A stretch of 57,868 nt of DNA, filler included, from Sphacelaria rigidula (Eukaryota), in assembly GCA_964200075.2 (NCBI GenBank). It is 3 parts of 3 records of this genome, joined end to end, with 100 filler letters (N's around TTAATTAATTAA, not from the genome) between each part and the next. Parts side by side here need not be neighbours in the genome. Positions count along the whole stretch, not along the records: positions 38,648 to 57,868 come from CAXNAA020000711.1; 2 more parts are not named here. One strand, given 5' to 3'. Numbering within the stretch: the first letter of the stretch is position 1; each line of letters starts with the position of its first letter. The notes beneath the pieces are model-generated. The model was given only the letters and a program-made list of their open reading frames with translations, was not told the DNA's origin and made no database searches. Position numbers and translations under genes: made by a program. Shown piece by piece: positions 38,648 through 49,600 of this stretch.

Positions 38648-39157
38648 TTCTCGGTGCTTACAGGGTGCTTGTGTGTTTTTGTGTGAGGGTGGCTTCTTAG
38701 GGCGTTCGAGAGGGAGCGGGGGGGTTGGGGGTCGGAAAATGTGGAACTGCACTGAATAGTAGGTGAAGGCATCGTGTTGGGCGTCCTTTAACGTGGAGAG
38801 CATGGTGCTCGACTGCGCGCGTGGAAAGTGCAATATGATTTTGACGAACTTCCGTATCCGCAGCATGTCGAGTGCACTGAACCGGAGGACTGGAAAGGGC
38901 GGGATAGAGCGATTCGCCATGCGTTTGCTCCTCTTCACAGCTCTTGCTGTTTCCTCGACAGCTATGCGGAGTACATGACCTCACTTTCCTGCTCAGCTTG
39001 ATCGTGTCCTGTATTTGCTGTCGTGTAAACTCAAAGCGCCCATGTGCTGTGAAACCGTCGCTTCGCTCTTCGCCGCCCCAATATTTCCCCCGTCCGTCGT
39101 CCTCCTTCCTCGTTTTCCATGATTTTTACATAATCATATTGTTCTGCCCTGATGTAG

Positions 39158-39894
39158 ATGCGGTGCGAACGATCATTCGCGAGGAAGGGCCAATGGCGCT
39201 CTACAAGGGAGCGGTGCCGGCTCTGATGCTGTGCACGCAGGGCGCGGTGCAGTTTACTGTGTACGAGTGGCTGAAGGCCAGAGTGCCAAAGCAAAACGAA
39301 AATGTACGCCCCATAGTCATGCTAGGCGCTCTCTCTCGCAGCGGCACCTTGCTCCTCCATATTCCGTAGAAAATCCAGTGTAATCTAGCCCAGCAGTCGT
39401 CGTGCGATGGAATACCATGCATGTTTTAATTGCAATTGACCACCGGATGTGCTCTGTGCGCAGCGTTGCCGCCGGGCATGCTCGACGTGTGGGACGACCT
39501 TACCTTGGACGGTTGTCACTATACGCATACGTACTACATTTGTGTTTTTTCGCTCGCACCCTTTCCGAAAACATGTGGGTGATCTTAGCCATTGACTCGA
39601 TCTGTTTTTTTTTTTGCTCGTTTTCTGCGTTTTTTTTTTTTTCCTGCGCTGTTTTTGCGTCATATATATTTTTTTTGCGTCTTTTTTGTTTTCTGCCCCT
39701 TTTTTTTGTTCGTCGAAAGTTAAGCTAGGGTAGTAATATGGTGGGGGACCGCGTGGAGAGCCCTGATTTGACTTGACTTTTGAACAGAGCTCCTCACGGG
39801 GTCCCCGTACTCCACCGTAGTACTATCCTGGCTTAACTCTTGACGTTAAACGTGAAACATGAACGTGTCACGTGTAGGGCCCTGAAAGAAGGAG

Positions 39895-39925
<31 letters not shown>

Positions 39926-41418
39926 GGCAGGTTTTTTGCCCGAGGGAATCGCAAGTCTGCGCTGTCCTGTTGGAAATCTGCGCCAATTATGGTCAATCCT
40001 CTTCAAAATCTGCCGTATTTTCTGAAAATCTGCGACATATTTCGTTTTTCCTGCTGTTTTTTTCGTGGCCATTTTTCTGATAAAAAATCCGGCATTCTGC
40101 TTTTTTTGCGACCGCAGATGGAGTCAATGACTAGGTGACCTGCATATGTTATCTAAGGTTTGATGAACGGTATTGCTGCTGTGCTTATGTAACGGATCGT
40201 CGACCGTTAGAAACCGATGGTCAGTCGTGGTGAAGTGATCGCGCTTTGCCGAAACCGGCAGTTGAAAGCTGTTGAACAAGACTTGTCATCCCGCGTTTCC
40301 TCGTTCCCTCGTGCTGCTGCTGCTGCTGCTGCTGCTGCTGTGCAGACACCTCTCGAATCACTCGTCATGGGCGGTATTTCCAAGATTTTTTCCAGCCTGG
40401 TGACCTACCCCAGTCAGGTGATGAGCAGAGGTGTCTTGCTTTCCCCCCGCATTTGTGCCGGCGGTGATGTTTCCGTGTGGGTGGGGCCGCGTGAATGCTG
40501 GTTGAAGCAGTAAAATAACAGAGGGGTACCATTAGTCTACTCAAACTTGTGATACCTGGCAGTTGTTTCCAACGCATGTTGCCCAACGGCAGTCAACAAT
40601 GCCTTCACAGAAGTCGAGACAACGAGGTCGACATGGGCCCTTGTGAGCATTTCCATTCTTCGAGAAGTGGGGCGCGTGCACTCGAAATCTTCAACCGAAG
40701 ATTTCCAGGGATATGTACGGATACACCCGTCGTTTTACGTATTCAAAACGGTAGCGTCAGAAATAAAAATAAATATGAGTGAAAGAGGGAACATGAAAAA
40801 GCAACCGGTCCGGGGACTCGATCCGCGCACATTCCGCTTTGAACGGATTCATATTACGGCCCCTCCTACGTAGCGAAAATTTCACGGATTTCAAACCGTG
40901 TTTTTTTTTTTCAAACGACTCCTGAGGGAGGAAGACGATGTATTTTGCAACGCGAACACGCTGCTTCGATTCCTCGTCATTATCAGCTGTTTTCTTTGCC
41001 CTTCTTTGCGTCAAACTTATTTTACTATTGATCTCAGAGCAAAAAAGAAGAAAAAAGGCGATTTTCTCCGTACACATCCATGAAGATTTCCAGGCCCGCA
41101 CTCGCTTACGCCTGCTCTTCTGTTGGCCATCCTTGCATGCCGAAAACCATCCACACACCCACACATGTGCACACACGTGTACACATCCAAACACACTCCC
41201 AGGTTATCAAGTCCCGGCTGCAGCAGCGGGGAACAGAAGACGAGATACGAGCAGGCGTTTCTCGGTACCGCGGGGTCATACACTGCGCGGCAAGCATCGC
41301 GCGAAGGGAGGGCTTGCGGGGCTTTTTCAAGGGTTGCGTGCCATATGCTGTCAGGGCAGCGCCCGCGTCTGCCATCACATTTGTAGTGTACGAAGAGGTG
41401 ATGAAATTTTTGACGTGA
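39158..41418 (+). CDS. Mitochondrial carrier family protein, folate/FAD carrier-like (SLC25A32/FOLT1-like); last three exons only
   Basis: Exons 39158-39303, 40346-40417 and 41203-41418 splice in frame: AVRTIIREEGPMALYKGAVPAL...AVQFTVYEWLK / SKIFSSLVTYPSQ / VIKSRLQQR...REGLRGFFKGCVP...PASAITFVVYEEVMKFLT*. The YPxQVIKSRLQ variant of the carrier signature is typical of folate carriers. 5' exons were not found. Confidence 0.9.
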
Positions 41419-42823
41419 TGGAGATCCAAGGTATCAGTTCTGTTTCGTCGTGTTGGTACTCTGAGGCCGGAACGAAGAGCTTCGTTTCTAGTCACTGCTT
41501 CTTGGCTCCCTCGTGTTTTGCAAGGTTTGAGCCTAGCGGTGTGTTTCGAGAGGGCGTTGTATCCATTTTCATTTTCCGTCGCCGTTGCCTTTCTAATTTG
41601 TTTGTGCTCGTTCTCCTCTGCTTGTCCACACCGAGTGTGTTGATTGTGTATCTATTTCCACACCCCTTGCTCGGTCACATCAATTAGAGTTCAGGTCATC
41701 TTTTGATGATCGCGTCGTCTAGTTTCAAGTTTTGAGAATGCCGCGGTTGGTTCGAGGAGAACCTCCTCGAGTGCAGGCATCTCACCCGGTAGCCTTATTT
41801 GTCTCGTGCTACGAGTAGTGTGTTATTGTCTATGTGTATGTGTGCTTGTATTGGTTTTGTCTTAGAGGCGATTTGTTGCGATACACGAGGGGGCTCTCTC
41901 ATCTACAGGGCAAATCGGCAGGGTAGAGATGATATTCAGTACACACGTATTTACGTTCGACGAGTGGGTAACACGGAGCATGGCTCTCTTTCAATGGTGT
42001 TCTTGCCGCCCCTGCGATTGCCTTTGTAAGCACGAGGACTTGAAAATATATGTCGGGTAGCATCCAGCAGCTCTCGTTTCAGGAACATTCCTCGGTTGGA
42101 GACTGGCTGTCCACCTCCCCGCACCGAGACTGGCTACCTTGAATGGGTCCGTTTCCCCCATATTGCAGTGTGAGGCGTTTGCCACGCACCAGCCCCATTT
42201 CAACATCTATTTTCCGTGTCGACGCTTGGACTCGTGCTCCGGGAAAAACAAGGCACGTGCTTCTTCAATATACAAAATATTATTTTAACTCACAGCATGT
42301 AGCCATTCCCTATAATAGTCGAAAGCAAAACTGAAGACGGGAGGTTACACTTCCGTTTACATCAACTCCCTGTGAGCTTTCGCTGCTGCGAGCTGATGTC
42401 ATCAGCCGAGCTGCAGAGCGATTCTCGCGTCTAATCCTCCTAAATACAGCGTCTATCGTATACCTTGCGGTAAACTATCATATCCCAGCGAATACGCCCG
42501 CTACTTGTACACTATTTACAGTTTTTTGTGCAAACGACGAGAAACATCCAGTCGATCCGACGCTCTCGTGTTCGCCCTGTTGAACAGTACAGCTGGCAGC
42601 AAATCGTGGTGCCTGTCGATTTTACTACCCCTTGTAACAAAACACCGGTTGCTTCCAAAACAACCAATGAGGTGAAGTCGGCTTCGACCTGGGAAAAAAG
42701 AAGAAGCGGATAACTCCCCTGTCACGTGTCCCCGTGCACTGTCACCGAACCGGTTACCTGCAAAAGCAACGTGCAAGAGACTGTACTCTCAATTCCAAAC
42801 ATGATGAGGCCGTTGCCATTTCA

Positions 42824-45772
42824 TCAACTGACTGCTGCGGTACTGCTCGTGCGGTCCCATGCATCCATTTCTTGGAGACGTCTGCCGAGCTCGATGTAGG
42901 GCTCCGTGCGGGCAGCTGTGGTCATCGCCGCAGCCCCACTGCTACTAGGCACGACGAAAACCTCGGTGCGCTCCGAAGGGAACGGCCAACCGGGGGGGCG
43001 AAGCATCGCCGGCTGCAGTCCGAAACGGAACGTGCCGTTCTTGCCTCCTCTAGTTTGCGCCTTTGCCGTTGTGGAAGCATCGTAAAATAGTTCCTCCCAC
43101 TATCGTGTGTGAGGCGGACGGCAGATACACAGACGTGTGATACGGCGGATAAATATTGGGACAAGTGGTACTGAAGGGTGCACCGCGTGTCCAGAACAAG
43201 CTAGGGTAACGCATTGGCAAGAAAATAAGACAGGGTGATGATTTGCTTTAGAGCTTCAAAACACTAGGCCGCGAAGCGCAAGCGCTGTACGGCTACCATT
43301 TTTGTACACGTGCTTCCCACGATCATTTGTTGGTTGTAAATCCCACCTGCCGCTTCCCTGCAAAGGCTACAATCTTCGGGTATCCACACGCAGCAGATTC
43401 GGCTGGTTCTGCTCCTTCTTCCTTTCCCCGCTCTGATAACGCTGCGGTGGCTGCCGCGCGCTCTGCGTGTGCCTTCAAACGCTTGAAAAAACCCTCCCTC
43501 CACGTGTGTAGGTCGGTCTTTTTAAATTCACTGGACACAGTTCCGGGGATGGAAAAGCCCTGGTGGCAAGGAACAAACATGAAATGTGGGCCAACCATCA
43601 CTCACGGCAGCGCAAATCTTTGGCCGACGTGTTCACTGGAAGGTGAAAATAACGTTTCGTGCACATTTTCTAAGTTTTGTCAGAAGTGGAAGTGTCTACA
43701 CGCCCATAGTAACGTATAATCAAGAGGGTGCCTGAGAGGAAACACTGGTGAAGGCAACGGATCAAAATGTCACCACGACAATAAAATTCGATTAGTCGTA
43801 GCATCAGTCTGCACGCGACACTGTCCAATGGGTTCCATACTTCAACTGACGCTTCGCAACACTGCTCGCCTCGCGAACCCACGCTTGCGCTCACCGCAAA
43901 CCCACATTTGAACTCACCACATCTGTGAATCCAACCCCACAAGTGATTGGACATCTATCGTCATCCGACGCAGTGAAGCCCACAGGTATGATCTTGGCCG
44001 TTGCGAGCAATTTGTACATCCGATTGGAGGGGTTGGCGTAGTAGTGCCCCTGCTGCCACGCTGTGTCACTTGGATTGTGCCCAACGATGATCAATCGCAA
44101 CGGCCATTCGGGCTCCTCAGGAGACCTTTTTGTGTGACAAAAGAGACGGGTCGGGGTGAGCATGGAGACGATGACTTTGTTTTCAGAGAAGGATGCCGGC
44201 GTTAGTGGTCGCTAGGGGTGGGCTGCGGGGTGACCAATGAATATGCTGCGATTGACGGCGACGGTAGCGCATTCTGTAAGACCTATGCTGTATTTCGGAA
44301 CAGAACCGGGCTGGCTATCATCCACATTGACTTGATATTTTTCTTCATCACCCTTTCGCTAGTTATGGTCGGACGCGTGCATATCTCGCGGGAATTCTCG
44401 TGTTCCTGGTGTTTGACTATTACAATATGTGTTGCACCATCAAGCCTTTGGCGGGTGGGTGTAGTCATGATATTATATGCCGAAATCATAAGACCATTCA
44501 TACCGTTGGGAAGGGAGGGGGGGGAGGCAACTGTGTACAGCCGAGTTCTTATTATGCTGTACTGTTGTGCCAAACACATAAAATGTATTCCATATTTACC
44601 AAGTTCATGCCAACGCACCACGTTGGATGTTGACCGCTGTATACGGTTGCTCCTATAGTACATTGAGCGATCCGGAACTCTCTACGATCGAAGGGTTCAA
44701 ACTCAACAATCCAACAAATCTATGCACGACTCATAAGCTGCTCACACAGGCTCTACCGTGCTTTGATCAATCCTCTGCCCCATGAGACTGACTGGATCAT
44801 GGTTCGTTTCACTAAATTAGTACCAATTCTTTATCCTGGGAGGGAAAGGGCTCCGCCATTTTTATTACCCTGGCGGATGAGAGCATCATCAAATTGCACT
44901 TCAACAGGGGAGCAGGGTAGGACTGTTCTCGGTAGCAGTTGCGGTGCGAAGAGCCGAAATATGCGATGATCAAGGACATACCGCACAAGATCAACAAAAT
45001 TGTCGCCCGCCCCTTCTCGTACACTACATCCAAAACACAACTGCAAGCAAAGAAAAACACAGGAACATCAGCACACGGAGTACACTTTTGACGCTGTACT
45101 GTTTGTTGACGAGTTTACTAGCGTTCGCGGCGCGGGTTTGCAGGAATACTGTACTGATTTTGATTTCATGATTGCTGTGAATGTTCAAAATGCGGACACG
45201 AGTATTGCGGAGAATTTGCTTTGGAGCAACTGAAACATACCTGGCAATTAATCGTTCGTTCGTGTGTCTAAGCGCTTCATTCCACCCTTGGCACACCAGC
45301 CACATAAAACAGGTCATATAGGGTGGCGTGGTGGCGACAAAGGAGAATCCTCGCACACTGTCTACCCTTCCTCTGGCACACAGACGCACCGACCGTGGGT
45401 TGTGGGCATCAAGCGTCGAGTAGCCTCGGAGAAACGACAGCTGTGTCACGATCATCACGTGATACCGCGCGTTCATGGGCTTGCAACAAGTAAGCATTCG
45501 ACTCAAACGAAATAACCACTATCTCACTTGTACTTCTCTACGAGACCCTGATGTCCCTCAGATGATCCAGCAGCAGAACAGCCCTTGCTGCTGTGACGCC
45601 GGATAGCGGTGCTCCCAGTCCTACCAGCTCCAATCGCCAAGGCGGTGCTAGTAGCACCATGGCTGTTTTTGAGTTGAGCAGCTGGCGCCGCCACGAACCC
45701 CGCCGATGTCGCTGTCGAAACCATCGCGAACCTCTCGAAAGGATTGAAACTAGCATCAGTCGGTGAAGACAT
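42824..45772 (-). CDS. Uracil-DNA glycosylase superfamily protein, MUG/TDG (family 2)-like, ~313 aa
   Basis: Exons 45772-45528, 44125-43918, 43559-43347 and 43099-42824 join in frame at GT-AG sites. Motifs LRLIIVGHNPS...GHYYANPSNRMYKLL, GVGFTDV, PKIVAFAGK and VFVVPSSSG. The start codon is less certain. Confidence 0.88.
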
Positions 45773-46653
45773 CAAGTTCGCAAGAGGCTGCAGCAGCCCA
45801 CGACTGGCGTGGTGAAAGATATCTTTTTATGTTTCCTGGTAGTACTATACGGGACTGTTGTGGACAGGCCCTGGTCATCAGCGCTACGCGTCAGTTTTGG
45901 TCATATATTAATATCCCCGCTCCACGGGAGAAAACGCCTCACAGGAAATAGTAAAAGCCAGGAATCGATGGTGTGGCTGCTCTTGCCCATCACTTGACGG
46001 GACAGGGCACTGACTGTCAGCCTAAGGTAAGGACACGGTATCTCGCACGTCTTGAGTATGTGTTCCACGTCCAGATTTAGGAGTAGTAACGTAGCTGTTA
46101 TCTGCTTCTTTCGAGTCCAACGCCCCTGAAAAATGTCTGGATAGGCGAGCTTTGCATCGCGACTACAGTACAGTGCGGTACTACTGTATTGACTGTACTG
46201 TCCTGTAGTGCGAGCTGCACGTACTGCCTGGGCTGTATGGTGGAGGGTCGTGGGGGCTGGGGCGACAGCGAGAGGAAGGGCGCGCTTGATTCTCCCAGGC
46301 TGCGTGGATATGGATTGAGACAGGACGAGAGGAGAAGGGCACTGATGAGCAGGCAGGGAATGGTGGATGCCCGTGGAGGACTAATGCTGCCCCTTCATCA
46401 GTACTTTTTTTCAAGCGAGGCTGTTGAGTCGACTGGCATTTCTCGAGTACCCACATGCTATGCCGTTACTTGGTGGGTGGCCGACTGTTGCCACTACTGT
46501 GGGCGTGGTGGTTTCGATCACGTACTCCGGTGAATTCATTACATTTTCAGTAGCGCCGATTGCAATCTTGCATCGCTTGGGCGCCTCTGCCATGTCACAC
46601 CACATACCCTTGTCGTTTGATGCTGCGAATGCGATGGGCTCCGTGCAGGGACC

Positions 46654-49600
46654 ATGGGGCTCCAGGACTACAGGGAAGCTGAACAGGTGAGCGCGCGGGC
46701 AGGATTGCTCGCGGAGGCTTATGTTAACGTAGCAGGTTGGGGCAGAGGGGGGGATTGTCGATAGCAGCAGCGGTGTCCACGGCTAGGGGTGACATTGCCC
46801 GGTACGTGAGGTTATTGAAATGGAAACCTTCGAGAGGAGACGTTGTGCGGCGTTGGACGTTGAACAGCATCGGGATTCATTGTACACTAAAAGCAGAGCA
46901 GATTGCCACATTGGACTCGTTCACCATATTTTGGTATAACGTATGTTCTAGTACAACGAGAGCGTCCGAAGAAGCACGCGGAATGTAGGTACCTCGCTGG
47001 AGAAAAATCTTCGTTGTCGCCTCGGTATCGTCCGCTCCCATGAGACAGATGTGACATCACCGGGGAAAACACGAAGGACGTAAGTTTGCAACGACAGTTT
47101 GCGTGTGATATCAAAAACAGACTACAACGGTGCTAGATGACGACTCGAATTGACGCTGTCTGCTCTTTGCTTTCCCCTCTCCGGATACGCGACGTGGATA
47201 AACGGTCAACCAGCACGAGAAGGCGTACCAGAAGCAGGATGCCATCTTCGTGGGCTCCAAGCGCGTGCTCGGCAAGAAGGTTGCGAAGGTACGCGATTTC
47301 ACCATCTACTCGTGAGCTTCCGCCCATGTATGAGACCACGGCATCGCACTTCGGTTTCATGTTCAGTGCACCCAGTTTGAAATGGTGTCGGATGAGCAAC
47401 GGCCATATCTAGGCGGAGCTGTCACATTGAGACCATTGCAGATGAAGACACCGGTCACAGCTCAGAGAATGAGCAGCCTTTTCTTTGGCCATGACAAGAA
47501 ATACGTCAACCTCACCCGTGGTCGTTGGTGGCCCCGTTCACGAGGGCTGCAGTATGTTCATGGGAATTCCCAAACTCGCGTTGAATTGATTTATTTGATG
47601 AAGAACACCCCATGAAAACTGATCACCTGATCCCCGGAGGATCCAATCGTTTGACAAGATGAAGGACACCCAAGGTGAAGGGGACGAATTGTTGAACGAT
47701 GATGGTGTTTAGCTGTCTCTGTCATTTATTCGACGTAAAAATTGCCGAGACGATGTTTTGATCGTGATGAAAAAAAGGGGTGGGAAGAGGAACAAGCTCC
47801 AAAATCAGTATGTTGACCAGTCGCCGCAATTATGGACACGCCGGGCGATCAATCAACATGTTGCTTCTCGAGCTTGTTCCTTGTCCTGCTTATTTTATTG
47901 CTGGGTCCCCACAAGACACCGCGTAACACCAGACGCGTTCGCGAAAGTTATGGGTCTTGACAGTGACGAATATTATGGAACGGACTAGAGTTTCTGACTG
48001 GCGTATCTTGTCCTGTTTGAAGATGAAAACCCTTGGCTGTCTGAGTCAAGACCCCCTTCGTCGTAGATCCGTGCACGTGCACATCCACGCTGCCTTTGGT
48101 GGAATCACCATGTTGCTGAAAGGGCGACCTGCCGGCTAGACGCACGGATTTGATGTGTCACTAGTTCGGGCGCTATGACGTAATATAGCAAACGATGAAA
48201 TACAAACCCTTCATGACTTTCAGTCACTTCGAGGCGTGTGATCACCGCTGATCAGTTGCGAAACGCGTGGGCACACTAATCAACACCCCAAAAATGTTCG
48301 AGCGTGATCGTGAAGTGTACACTGGAATCTCTGACTCACTTGGACTCAATTCACGCAGAGTACGTCTGATACGAGTACTTCAATCGTGAGGGGGCTCTGA
48401 GGAAAAATGAGTTGGAATCATACCGGTTGCTGGCACAAGAATGGTGCTCGATGATGTACTCCGGTGTGAAGGAAGAACATGTGAGACGATGGTCAAACAT
48501 TGAAACAAGCGAGAGTTCCTGATCACCTGTATTGCGCAGTATGCTTACCCATGGCTGTGTGGGTGTACGTCAAACCACGTATTCAGAGTGCCTCCTCGAA
48601 CGTCTGTAGCCTGAGGTACTTGAAGCTGAGATACTCACGAGAGGCTGGGCGATGACGAAATATTGGAACGGACTAGAGTTTCTGACCAGCTGTATATCAC
48701 TGCTGTGTTGAAGAATCAAACCCTTGGCTGTCCGAGCCTCGTTACCCTCGTGTGCCTTTGTGTCGATGCTCGAAATCGAAAAGCCATTTCCTGCGGAAAT
48801 AACCAACCGTTAGTTATACCCATTTTCCACGTGTCGCAAGTGCCTTGTTCAAAATCTTCACCTCGACATCTGCAGTTCAATTCATTCACGAGAGGCGGGG
48901 CAATGACGAAATTATGGAACGGACTAGAGTTTCTGACCAGCTGTATATCACTGCTGTGTTGAAGAATCAAACCCTTGGCTGTCCGAGCCTCGTCGGCCCT
49001 CGTATGCGTTTTTTTCGAAGCTCGACAAGTGGTGAGCTCCCGAAACGGTCCACTGCATTGTCCTCTTTCACCTATGTGCGAGCACCCCCCCCACGTGTTT
49101 GATTTTGAAGAATGAAGGCCGTGTCCCCGTAGACACGACGCGCGCTTTCTGTGGGTCTGACGGATTCTGCGTCTCCCTTCTTGTGTACCTTTTCTCCGTC
49201 GAGATACGGCAGTGACGAATCCAAGTAAACGGACTAGAGTTTCCGACGAGCTTTCGGCTGCTTGACGACAACGTGCTTAAGTTGTCCGAGTCGTATCTCA
49301 CGTGAGGGCCGGTCAAAATAAAATGGGTAAACGAGGTAACATTCTTCCCTCTATTTCCGACCACTTGTCATGACCACTCTCTAAAGTAAAATATCAACGT
49401 ATTTTTGGGATGTCGGCCGTTCCACCAGCAACTTGGGATGGAGATGTTTTCATTTACCATCGGAGAGTGGTCACCGCCTAATATCTGCACTTGTGGTGGT
49501 TGAGCGCCCGCCAGCTCAACAGGGTGAACAAAATTAACCGCTCTGCACTATTCATCCAACACTGATCTATAAGGCGGTATTTGGCGGTGCTGGGCGCTGT

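Noticed and set aside
40311-40340. (CTG)n tract read as poly-Ala coding sequence
   Set aside because: It lies in the intron just before the acceptor at 40345 and is a simple microsatellite.
40795-40875. tRNA-like sequence on the minus strand in the carrier gene intron (also 17594-17670 and 19040-19110 on plus)
   Set aside because: B-box-like motifs are present but there is no convincing cloverleaf, so they are more likely SINE heads than tRNA genes.
47133-47399. Minus-strand 88-aa ORF
   Set aside because: It is antisense to RPS11 exon 2 (47214-47288).
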